Assembly (NCBI RefSeq): GCF_009914755.1 | Contig: NC_060929.1 | From: the human T2T-CHM13v2.0 reference genome, Homo sapiens | Reading direction: 5' to 3' (one strand) | DNA: 64,000 nucleotides | Shown here: in pieces, positions 37,901-50,700 of the stretch | How positions within the stretch are numbered: the stretch's first letter is position 1 | Layout: each line of letters opens with the position of its first letter | The notes under the pieces: model-generated | Database searches by the model: none | What the model saw: only the letters and a program-made list of their open reading frames with translations | Told to the model about the DNA's origin: nothing | Program-made: the position numbers and the translations under genes

Positions 37901-40900
37901 TGACCACTTAGAGGCCTTCGTTGGAAACGGGTTTTTTTCATGTAAGGCTAGACAGAAGAGTTCTCAGTAACTTCCTTGTGTTGTGTGTATTCAACTCACA
38001 CAGTTGAACGATCCTTTACAGAGAGCAGACTTGTAACACTCTTTTTGTGGAATTTGCAAGTGGAGATTTCAGCCGCTTTGAAGTCAAAGTAGAAAAGGAA
38101 ATATCTTCCTATAAAAACTACACAGAATGATTCTCAGAAACTCCTTTGTGATGTGTGCGTTCAACTCACAGAGTTTAACCTTTCTTTTCATAGAGCAGTT
38201 AGGAAACACTCTGTTTGTAAAGTCTGCAAGTGGATATTCAGACCTCTTTGAGGCCTTCGTTGGAAACGGGTTTTTTTCATATAAGGCTAGACAGAAGAAT
38301 TCCCAGTAACTTCCTTGTGTTGTGTGTGTTCAACTCACAGAGTTGAACTTTCATTTACACAGAGCAGATTTGAAACACTCTTTTTGTGGAATTTGCAGGT
38401 GGAGATTTCAAGCGCTTTGAGGCCAAAGGCAGAAAAGGAAATATCTTCGTATAAAAACTAGACAGAATCATTCTCAGAAACTGCTCTGCGATGTGTGCGT
38501 TCAACTCTCAGAGTTTAACTTTTCTTTTCATTCAGCAGTTTGGAAACACTCTGTTTGTAAAGTCTGCACGTGAATAATTTGACCACTTAGAGGCCTTCGT
38601 TGGAAACGGGTTTTTTTCATGTAAGGCTAGACAGAAGAATTCTCAGTAACTTCCTTGTGTTGTGTGTATTCAACTCACAGAGTTGAACGATCCTTTACAC
38701 AGAGCAGACTTGTAACACTCTTTTTGTGGAATTTGCAAGTGGAGATTTCAGCCGCTTTGAAGTCAAAGGTAGAAAAGGAAATATCTTCCTATAAAAACTA
38801 GACAGAATGATTCTCAGAAACTCCTTTGTGATGTGTGCGTTCAACTCACAGAGTTTAACCTTTCTTTTCATAGAGCAGTTAGGAAACACTCTGCTTGTAA
38901 AGTCTGCAAGTGGATATTCAGCCCTCTTTGAGGCCTTCGTTGGAAACGGGTTTTTTTCATATAAGGCTAGACAGAAGAATTCCCAGTAACTTCCTTGTGT
39001 TGTGTGTGTTCAACTCACAGAGTTGAACTTTCATTTACACAGAGCAGATTTGAAACACTCTTTTTGTGGAATTTGCAAGTGGAGATTTCAAGCGCTTTGA
39101 GGCCAAAGGCAGAAAAGGAAATATCTTCGTATAAAAACTAGACAGAATCATTCTCAGAAACTGCTCTGCGATGTGTGCGTTCAACTCTCAGAGTTTAACT
39201 TTTCTTTTCATTCAGCAGTTTGGAAACACTCTGTTTGTAAAGTCTGCACGTGGATATTTTGACCACTTAGAGGCCTTCGTTGGAAACGGGTTTTTTTCCT
39301 GTAAGGCTAGACAGAAGAATTCCCAGTAACTTCCTTGTGTTGTGTACATTCAACTCACAGAGTTGAACGTTCCCTTAGACAGAGCAGATTTGAAACACTC
39401 TTTTTGTGCAATTGGCAAGTGGAGATTTCAAGCGCTTTGAGGTCAATGGCAGAAAAGGAAATATCTTCGTTTCAAAACTAGACAGAATCATTCCCACAAA
39501 CTGCGTTGTGATGTGTTCGTTCAACTCACAGAGTTTAACCTTTCTTTTCATAGAGCAGTTAGGAAACAGTCTGTTTGAAAATTCTGTAAGTGGATATTCT
39601 GACATCTTGTGGCCTTCGTTGGAAACGGGATTTCTTCATATTCTGCTAGACAGAAGAATTCTCAGAATCTTCCTTGTGTTGTGTGTATTCAACTCACAGA
39701 GTTGAACGATGGTTTACACAGAGCAGATTTGAAACACTCATTTGGTGGAATTTGCAAGTGGAGATTTCAGCCGCTTTGAGGTCAATGGTAGAAAAGGAAA
39801 TATCTTCGTATAACAACTAGACAGAATGATTCTCAGAAACTTCTTTGTGATGTGTGTGTTCAACTCACAGAGTTTAACCTTTCTTTTCATAGAGCAGTTA
39901 GGAAACACTGTGTTTTTAAACTCTGCAAGTGGATATTCAGACCTCTTTGAGGCCTTCGTTGGAAACGGGATTTCTTCATACTGTGCTAGACAGAAGAATT
40001 CTCAGTAACTTCCTTGTGTTGTGTGTATTCAACTCACAGAGTTGAACGATCCTTTACACAGAGCAGACTTGAAACACTCTTTTTGTGGAATTACAAGTGG
40101 AGATTTCAGCCGCGTTGAGGTCAATGGTAGAAAAGGAAATATCTTCGTATAAAAACTAGACAGAATGATTCTCAGAAACTCCTTTGTGATGTGTGTGTTC
40201 AACTCACAGAGTTTAACATTTCTTTTCATAGAGCAGTTAGGAAACACTCTGTTTCTAAAGTCTGCAAGTGGATATTCAGACCTCTTTGAGGCCTTCGTTG
40301 GAAACGGGTTTTTTTCATATAAGGCTAGACAGAAGAATTCCCAGTAACTTCCTTGTGTTGTGTGTGTTCAACTCACAGAGTTGAACTTTCATTTACACAG
40401 AGCAGATTTGAAACACTCTTTTTGTGGAATTTGCAAATGGAGATTTCAAGCGCTTTGAGGCCAAAGGCAGAAAAGGAAATATCTTCGTATAAAAACTAGA
40501 CAGAATCATTCTCAGAAACTGCTCTGCGATGTGTGCGTTCAACTCTCAGAGTTTAACTTTTCTTTTCATTCAGCAGTTTGGAAACACTCTGTTTGTAAAG
40601 TCTGCACGTGGATAATTTGACCACTTAGAGGCCTTCGTTGGAAACGGGTTTTTTTCATGTAAGGCTAGACAGAAGAATTCTCAGTAACTTCCTTGTGTTG
40701 TGTGTATTCAACTCACAGAGTTGAACGATCCTTTACACAGAGCAGACTTGTAACACTCTTTTTGTGGAATTTGCAAGTGGAGATTTCAGCCGCTTTGAAG
40801 TCAAAGGTAGAAAAGGAAATATCTTCCTATAAAAACTAGACAGAATGATTCTCAGAAACTCCTTTGTGATGTGTACGTTCAACTCACAGAGTTTAACCTT

Positions 40901-41878
40901 TCTTTTCATAGAGCAGTGAGGAAACACTCTGTTTGTAAAGTCTGCAAGTGGATATTGAGACCTCTTTGAGGCCTTCGTTGGAAACGGGTTTTTTTCATAT
41001 AAGGCTAGACAGAAGGATTCCCAGTAACTTCCTTGTGTTGTGTGTGTTCAACTCACAGAGTTGAACTTTCATTTACAAAGAGCAGATTTGAAACACTCTT
41101 TTTGTGGAATTTGCAAGTGGAGATTTCAAGCGCTTTGAGGCCAAAGGCAGAAAAGGAAATATCTTCGTATAAAAACTAGACAGAATCATTCTCAGAAACT
41201 GCTCTGCGATGTGTGCGTTCAACTCTCAGAGTTTAACTTTTCTTTTCATTCAGCAGTTTGGAAACACTCTGTTTGTAACGTCTGCACGTGAATAATTTGA
41301 CCACTTAGAGGCCTTCGTTGGAAACGGGTTTTTTTCATGTAAGGCTAGACAGAAGAATTCTCAGTAACTTCCTTGTGTTGTGTGTATTCAACTCACAGAG
41401 TTGAACGATCCTTTACACAGAGCAGACTTGTAACACTCTTTTTGTGGAATTTGCAAGTGGAGATTTCAGCCGCTTTGAAGTCAAATGTAGAAAAGGAAAT
41501 ATCTTCCTATAAAAACTAGACAGAATGATTCTCAGAAACTCCTTTGTGATGTGTGCGTTCAACTCACAGAGTTTAACCTTTCTTTTCATAGAGCAGTTAG
41601 GAAACACTCTGCTTGTAAAGTCTGCAAGTGGATATTCAGCCCTCTTTGAGGCCTTCGTTGGAAACGGGTTTTTTTCATATAAGGCTAGACAGAAGAATTC
41701 CCAGTAACTTCCTTGTGTTGTGTGTGTTCAACTCACAGAGTTGAACTTTCATTTACACAGAGCAGATTTGAAACACTCTTTTTGTGGAATTTGCAAGTGG
41801 AGATTTCAAGCGCTTTGAGGCCAAAGGCAGAAAAGGAAATATCTTCGTATAAAAACTAGACAGAATCATTCTCAGAAG

Positions 41879-44752
41879 CTGCTCTGCGATGTGTGCGTTC
41901 AACTCTCAGAGTTTAACTTTTCTTTTCATTCAGCAGTTTGGAAACACTCTGTTTGTAAAGTCTGCACGTGGATAATTTGACCACTTAGAGGCCTTCGTTG
42001 GAAACGGGTTTTTTTCATGTAAGGCTAGACAGAAGAGTTCTCAGTAACTTCCTTGTGTTGTGTGTATTCAACTCACACAGTTGAACGATCCTTTACAGAG
42101 AGCAGACTTGTAACACTCTTTTTGTGGAATTTGCAAGTGGAGATTTCAGCCGCTTTGAAGTCAAAGTAGAAAAGGAAATATCTTCCTATAAAAACTAGAC
42201 AGAATGATTCTCAGAAACTCCTTTGTGATGTGTGCGTTCAACTCACAGAGTTTAACCTTTCTTTTCATAGAGCAGTTAGGAAACACTCTGTTTGTAAAGT
42301 CTGCAAGTGGATATTCAGACCTCTTTGAGGCCTTCGTTGGAAACGGGTTTTTTTCATATAAGGCTAGACAGAAGAATTCCCAGTAACTTCCTTGTGTTGT
42401 GTGTGTTCAACTCACAGAGTTGAACTTTCATTTACACAGAGCAGATTTGAAACACTCTTTTTGTGGAATTTGCAGGTGGAGATTTCAAGCGCTTTGAGGC
42501 CAAAGGCAGAAAAGGAAATATCTTCGTATAAAAACTAGACAGAATCATTCTCAGAAACTGCTCTGCGATGTGTGCGTTCAACTCTCAGAGTTTAACTTTT
42601 CTTTTCATTCAGCAGTTTGGAAACACTCTGTTTGTAAAGTCTGCACGTGGATAATTTGACCACTTAGAGGCCTTCGTTGGAAACGGGTTTTTTTCATGTA
42701 AGGCTAGACAGAAGAATTCTCAGTAACTTCCTTGTGTTGTGTGTATTCAACTCACAGAGTTGAACGATCCTTTACACAGAGCAGACTTGTAACACTCTTT
42801 TTGTGGAATTTGCAAGTGGAGATTTCAGCCGCTTTGAAGTCAAAGGTAGAAAAGGAAATATCTTCCTATAAAAACTAGACAGAATGATTCTCAGAAACTC
42901 CTTTGTGATGTGTGCGTTCAACTCACAGAGTTTAACCTTTCTTTTCATAGAGCAGTTAGGAAACACTCTGCTTGTAAAGTCTGCAAGTGGATATTCAGCC
43001 CTCTTTGAGGCCTTCGTTGGAAACGGGTTTTTTTCATATAAGGCTAGACAGAAGAATTCCCAGTAACTTCCTTGTGTTGTGTGTGTTCAACTCACAGAGT
43101 TGAACTTTCATTTACACAGAGCAGATTGAAACACTCTTTTTGTGGAATTTGCAAGTGGAGATTTCAAGCGCTGTGAGGCCAAAGGCAGAAAAGGAAATAT
43201 CTTCGTATAAAAACTAGACAGAATCATTCTCAGAAACTGCTCTGCGATGTGTGCGTTCAACTCTCAGAGTTTAACTTTTCTTTTCATTCAGCAGTTTGGA
43301 AACACTCTGTTTGTAAAGTCTGCACGTGGATAATTTGACCACTTAGAGGCCTTCGTTGGAAACGGGTTTTTTTCATGTAAGGCTAGACAGAAGAGTTCTC
43401 AGTAACTTCCTTGTGTTGTGTGTATTCAACTCACACAGTTGAACGATCCTTTACAGAGAGCAGACTTGTAACACTCTTTTTGTGGAATTTGCAAGTGGAG
43501 ATTTCAGCCGCTTTGAAGTCAAAGTAGAAAAGGAAATATCTTCCTATAAAAACTAGACAGAATGATTCTCAGAAACTCCTTTGTGATGTGTGCGTTCAAC
43601 TCACAGAGTTTAACCTTTCTTTTCATAGAGCAGTTAGGAAACACTCTGTTTGTAAAGTCTGCAAGTGGATATTCAGACCTCTTTGAGGCCTTCGTTGGAA
43701 ACGGGTTTTTTTCATATAAGGCTAGACAGAAGAATTCCCAGTAACTTCCTTGTGTTGTGTGTGTTCAACTCACAGAGTTGAACTTTCATTTACACAGAGC
43801 AGATTTGAAACACTCTTTTTGTGGAATTTGCAGGTGGAGATTTCAAGCGCTTTGAGGCCAAAGGCAGAAAAGGAAATATCTTCGTATAAAAACTAGACAG
43901 AATCATTCTCAGAAACTGCTCTGCGATGTGTGCGTTCAACTCTCAGAGTTTAACTTTTCTTTTCATTCAGCAGTTTGGAAACACTCTGTTTGTAAAGTCT
44001 GCACGTGGATAATTTGACCACTTAGAGGCCTTCGTTGGAAACGGGTTTTTTTCATGTAAGGCTAGACAGAAGAATTCTCAGTAACTTCCTTGTGTTGTGT
44101 GTATTCAACTCACAGAGTTGAACGATCCTTTACACAGAGCAGACTTGTAACACTCTTTTTGTGGAATTTGCAAGTGGAGATTTCAGCCGCTTTGAAGTCA
44201 AAGGTAGAAAAGGAAATATCTTCCTATAAAAACTAGACAGAATGATTCTCAGAAACTCCTTTGTGATGTGTGCGTTCAACTCACAGAGTTTAACCTTTCT
44301 TTTCATAGAGCAGTTAGGAAACACTCTGCTTGTAAAGTCTGCAAGTGGATATTCAGCCCTCTTTGAGGCCTTCGTTGGAAACGGGTTTTTTTCATATAAG
44401 GCTAGACAGAAGAATTCCCAGTAACTTCCTTGTGTTGTGTGTGTTCAACTCACAGAGTTGAACTTTCATTTACACAGAGCAGATTGAAACACTCTTTTTG
44501 TGGAATTTGCAAGTGGAGATTTCAAGCGCTGTGAGGCCAAAGGCAGAAAAGGAAATATCTTCGTATAAAAACTAGACAGAATCATTCTCAGAAACTGCTC
44601 TGCGATGTGTGCGTTCAACTCTCAGAGTTTAACTTTTCTTTTCATTCAGCAGTTTGGAAACACTCTGTTTGTAAAGTCTGCACGTGGATAATTTGACCAC
44701 TTAGAGGCCTTCGTTGGAAACGGGTTTTTTTCATGTAAGGCTAGACAGAAGA
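41879..44752 (+). repeat. Tandem duplication, unit 1358 bp (4 dimers / 8 monomers)
   Basis: A private 1-bp deletion GCAGATTGAA plus GCTGTGAGG occurs at ~43126 and ~44484. ORF pairs 42204/43562, 42772/44130 and 42884/44242 are all offset by 1358. Confidence 0.88.
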
Positions 44753-47700
44753 ATTCTCAGTAACTTCCTTGTGTTGTGTGTATTCAACTCACAGAGTTGA
44801 ACGATCCTTTACACAGAGCAGACTTGTAACACTCTTTTTGTGGAATTTGCAAGTGGAGATTTCAGCCGCTTTGAAGTCAAAGGTAGAAAAGGAAATATCT
44901 TCCTATAAAAACTAGACAGAATGATTCTCAGAAACTCCTTTGTGATGTGTACGTTCAACTCACAGAGTTTAACCTTTCTTTTCATAGAGCAGTTAGGAAA
45001 CACTCTGTTTGTAAAGTCTGCAAGTGGATATTGAGACCTCTTTGAGGCCTTCGTTGGAAACGGGTTTTTTTCATATAAGGCTAGACAGAAGGATTCCCAG
45101 TAACTTCCTTGTGTTGTGTGTGTTCAACTCACAGAGTTGAACTTTCATTTACAAAGAGCAGATTTGAAACACTCTTTTTGTGGAATTTGCAAGTGGAGAT
45201 TTCAAGCGCTTTGAGGCCAAAGGCAGAAAAGGAAATATCTTCGTATAAAAACTAGACAGAATCATTCTCAGAAACTGCTCTGCGATGTGTGCGTTCAACT
45301 CTCAGAGTTTAACTTTTCTTTTCATTCAGCAGTTTGGAAACACTCTGTTTGTAACGTCTGCACGTGAATAATTTGACCACTTAGAGGCCTTCGTTGGAAA
45401 CGGGTTTTTTTCATGTAAGGCTAGACAGAAGAATTCTCAGTAACTTCCTTGTGTTGTGTGTATTCAACTCACAGAGTTGAACGATCCTTTACACAGAGCA
45501 GACTTGTAACACTCTTTTTGTGGAATTTGCAAGTGGAGATTTCAGCCGCTTTGAAGTCAAATGTAGAAAAGGAAATATCTTCCTATAAAAACTAGACAGA
45601 ATGATTCTCAGAAACTCCTTTGTGATGTGTGCGTTCAACTCACAGAGTTTAACCTTTCTTTTCATAGAGCAGTTAGGAAACACTCTGCTTGTAAAGTCTG
45701 CAAGTGGATATTCAGCCCTCTTTGAGGCCTTCGTTGGAAACGGGTTTTTTTCATATAAGGCTAGACAGAAGAATTCCCAGTAACTTCCTTGTGTTGTGTG
45801 TGTTCAACTCACAGAGTTGAACTTTCATTTACACAGAGCAGATTTGAAACACTCTTTTTGTGGAATTTGCAAGTGGAGATTTCAAGCGCTTTGAGGCCAA
45901 AGGCAGAAAAGGAAATATCTTCGTATAAAAACTAGACAGAATCATTCTCAGAAGCTGCTCTGCGATGTGTGCGTTCAACTCTCAGAGTTTAACTTTTCTT
46001 TTCATTCAGCAGTTTGGAAACACTCTGTTTGTAAAGTCTGCACGTGGATAATTTGACCACTTAGAGGCCTTCGTTGGAAACGGGTTTTTTTCATGTAAGG
46101 CTAGACAGAAGAGTTCTCAGTAACTTCCTTGTGTTGTGTGTATTCAACTCACACAGTTGAACGATCCTTTACAGAGAGCAGACTTGTAACACTCTTTTTG
46201 TGGAATTTGCAAGTGGAGATTTCAGCCGCTTTGAAGTCAAAGTAGAAAAGGAAATATCTTCCTATAAAAACTAGACAGAATGATTCTCAGAAACTCCTTT
46301 GTGATGTGTGCGTTCAACTCACAGAGTTTAACCTTTCTTTTCATAGAGCAGTTAGGAAACACTCTGTTTGTAAAGTCTGCAAGTGGATATTCAGACCTCT
46401 TTGAGGCCTTCGTTGGAAACGGGTTTTTTTCATATAAGGCTAGACAGAAGAATTCCCAGTAACTTCCTTGTGTTGTGTGTGTTCAACTCACAGAGTTGAA
46501 CTTTCATTTACACAGAGCAGATTTGAAACACTCTTTTTGTGGAATTTGCAGGTGGAGATTTCAAGCGCTTTGAGGCCAAAGGCAGAAAAGGAAATATCTT
46601 CGTATAAAAACTAGACAGAATCATTCTCAGAAACTGCTCTGCGATGTGTGCGTTCAACTCTCAGAGTTTAACTTTTCTTTTCATTCAGCAGTTTGGAAAC
46701 ACTCTGTTTGTAAAGTCTGCACGTGGATAATTTGACCACTTAGAGGCCTTCGTTGGAAACGGGTTTTTTTCATGTAAGGCTAGACAGAAGAATTCTCAGT
46801 AACTTCCTTGTGTTGTGTGTATTCAACTCACAGAGTTGAACGATCCTTTACACAGAGCAGACTTGTAACACTCTTTTTGTGGAATTTGCAAGTGGAGATT
46901 TCAGCCGCTTTGAAGTCAAAGGTAGAAAAGGAAATATCTTCCTATAAAAACTAGACAGAATGATTCTCAGAAACTCCTTTGTGATGTGTGCGTTCAACTC
47001 ACAGAGTTTAACCTTTCTTTTCATAGAGCAGTTAGGAAACACTCTGCTTGTAAAGTCTGCAAGTGGATATTCAGCCCTCTTTGAGGCCTTCGTTGGAAAC
47101 GGGTTTTTTTCATATAAGGCTAGACAGAAGAATTCCCAGTAACTTCCTTGTGTTGTGTGTGTTCAACTCACAGAGTTGAACTTTGATTTACACAGAGCAG
47201 ATTTGAAACACTCTTTTTGTGGAATTTGCAAGTGGAGATTTCAAGCGCTTTGAGGCCAAAGGCAGAAAAGGAAATATCTTCGTATAAAAACTAGACAGAA
47301 TCATTCTCAGAAACTGCTCTGCGATGTGTGCGTTCAACTCTCAGAGTTTAACTTTTCTTTTCATTCAGCAGTTTGGAAACACTCTGTTTGTAAAGTCTGC
47401 ACGTGGATATTTTGACCACTTAGAGGCCTTCGTTGGAAACGGGTTTTTTTCCTGTAAGGCTAGACAGAAGAATTCCCAGTAACTTCCTTGTGTTGTGTAC
47501 ATTCAACTCACAGAGTTGAACGTTCCCTTAGACAGAGCAGATTTGAAACACTCTTTTTGTGCAATTGGCAAGTGGAGATTTCAAGCGCTTTAAGGTCAAT
47601 GGCAGAAAAGGAAATATCTTCGTTTCAAAACTAGAGAGAATCATTCCCAAAAACTGCGTTGTGATGTGTTCGTTCATCTCACAGAGTTTAACCTTTCTTT

Positions 47701-50700
47701 TCATAGAGCAGTTAGGAAACAGTCTGTTTGTAAATTCTGTAAGTGGATATTCTGACATCTTGTGGCCTTCGTTGGAAACGGGATTTCTTCATATTCTGCT
47801 AGACAGAAGAATTCTCAGAATCTTCCTTGTGTTGTGTGTATTCAACTCACAGAGTTGAACGATGGTTTACACAGAGCAGATTTGAAACACTCTTTTTGTG
47901 GAATTTGCAAGTGGAGATTTCAGCCGCTTTGAGGTCAATGGTAGAAAAGGAAATATCTTCGTATAAAAACTAGACAGAATGATTCTCAGAAACTTCTTTG
48001 TGATGTGTGCGTTCAACTCACAGAGTTTAACCTTTCTTTTCATAGAGCAGTTAGGAAACACTCTGTTTGTAAACTCTGCAAGTGGATATTCAGACCTCTT
48101 TGAGGCCTTCGTTGGAAACGGGATTTCTTCATACTGTGCTAGACAGAAGAATTCTCAGTAACTTCCTTGTGTTGTGTGTATTCAACTCACAGAGTTGACC
48201 GATCCTTTACACAGAGCAGACTTGTAACACTCTTTTTGTGGAATTTGCAAGTGGAGATTTCAGCCGCTTTGAAGTCAAAGGTAGAAAAGGGAATATCTTC
48301 CTATAAAAACTAGACAGAATGATTCTCAGAAACTCCTTTGTCATGTGTGCGTTCAACTCACAGAGTTTAACCTTTCTTTTCATAGAGCAGTTAGGAAACA
48401 CTCTGTTTCTAAAGTCTGCAAGTGGATATTCAGACCTCTTTGAGGCCTTCGTTGGAAACGGGTTTTTTTCATATAAGGCTAGAGAGAAGAATTCCCAGTA
48501 ACTTCCTTGTGTTGTGTGTGTTCAACTCACAGAGTTGAACTTTCATTTACACAGAGCAGATTTGAAACACTCTTTTTGTGGAATTTGCAAGTGGAGATTT
48601 CAAGCGCTGTGAGGCCAAAGGCAGAAAAGGAAATATCTTCGTATAAAAACTAGACAGAATCATTCTCAGAAACTGCTCTGCGATGTGTGCGTTCAACTCT
48701 CAGAGTTTAACTTTTCTTTTCATTCAGCAGTTTGGAAACACTCTGTTTGTAAAGTCTGCACGTGGATAATTTGACCACTTAGAGGCCTTCGTTGGAAACG
48801 GTTTTTTTTCATGTAAGGCTAGACAGAAGAATTCTCAGTAACTTCCTTGTGTTGTGTGTATTCAACTCACACAGTTGAACGATCCTTTACACAGAGCAGA
48901 CTTGTAACACTCTTTTTGTGGAATTTGCAAGTGGAGATTTCAGCCGCTTTGAAGTCAAATGTAGAAAAGGAAATATCTTCCTATAAAAACTAGACAGAAA
49001 GATTCTCAGAAACTCCTTTGTGATGTGTGCGTTCAACTCACAGAGTTTAACCTTTCTTTTCATAGAGCAGTTAGGAAACACTCTGTTTGTAAAGTCTGCA
49101 AGTGGATATTCAGACCTGTTTGAGGCCTTCGTTGGAAACGGGTTTTTTTCATATAAGGCTAGACAGAAGAATTCCCAGTAACTTCCTTGTGTTGTGTGTG
49201 TTCAACTCACAGAGTTGAACTTTCATTTACACAGAGCAGATTTGAAACACTCTTTTTGTGGAATTTGCAAGTGGAGATTTCAAGCGCTTTGAGGCCAAAG
49301 GCAGAAAAGGAAATATCTTCGTATAAAAACTAGACAGAATCATTCTCAGAAACTGCTCTGTGATGTGTGCGTTCAACTCTCAGAGTTTAACTTTTCTTTT
49401 CATTCAGCAGTTTGGAAACACTCTGTTTGTAAAGTCTGCACGTGGATAATTTGACCACTTAGAGGCCTTCGTTGGAAACGGGTTTTTTTCATGTAAGGCT
49501 AGACAGAAGAGTTCTCAGTAACTTCCTTGTGTTGTGTGTATTCAACTCACACAGTTGAACGATCCTTTACAGAGAGCAGACTTGTAACACTCTTTTTGTG
49601 GAATTTGCAAGTGGAGATTTCAGCCGCTTTGAAGTCAAAGTAGAAAAGGAAATATCTTCCTATAAAAACTAGACAGAATGATTCTCAGAAACTCCTTTGT
49701 GATGTGTGCGTTCAACTCACAGAGTTTAACCTTTCTTTTCATAGAGCAGTTAGGAAACACTCTGTTTGTAAAGTCTGCAAGTGGATATTCAGACCTCTTT
49801 GAGGCCTTCGTTGGAAACGGGTTTTTTTCATATAAGGCTAGACAGAAGAATTCCCAGTAACTTCCTTGTGTTGTGTGTGTTCAACTCACAGAGTTGAACT
49901 TTCATTTACACAGAGCAGATTTGAAACACTCTTTTTGTGGAATTTGCAGGTGGAGATTTCAAGCGCTTTGAGGCCAAAGGCAGAAAAGGAAATATCTTCG
50001 TATAAAAACTAGACAGAATCATTCTCAGAAACTGCTCTGCGATGTGTGCGTTCAACTCTCAGAGTTTAACTTTTCTTTTCATTCAGCAGTTTGGAAACAC
50101 TCTGTTTGTAAAGTCTGCACGTGGATAATTTGACCACTTAGAGGCCTTCGTTGGAAACGGGTTTTTTTCATGTAAGGCTAGACAGAAGAATTCTCAGTAA
50201 CTTCCTTGTGTTGTGTGTATTCAACTCACAGAGTTGAACGATCCTTTACACAGAGCAGACTTGTAACACTCTTTTTGTGGAATTTGCAAGTGGAGATTTC
50301 AGCCGCTTTGAAGTCAAAGGTAGAAAAGGAAATATCTTCCTATAAAAACTAGACAGAATGATTCTCAGAAACTCCTTTGTGATGTGTGCGTTCAACTCAC
50401 AGAGTTTAACCTTTCTTTTCATAGAGCAGTTAGGAAACACTCTGCTTGTAAAGTCTGCAAGTGGATATTCAGCCCTCTTTGAGGCCTTCGTTGGAAACGG
50501 GTTTTTTTCATATAAGGCTAGACAGAAGAATTCCCAGTAACTTCCTTGTGTTGTGTGTGTTCAACTCACAGAGTTGAACTTTCATTTACACAGAGCAGAT
50601 TTGAAACACTCTTTTTGTGGAATTTGCAAGTGGAGATTTCAAGCGCTTTGAGGCCAAAGGCAGAAAAGGAAATATCTTCGTATAAAAACTAGACAGAATC

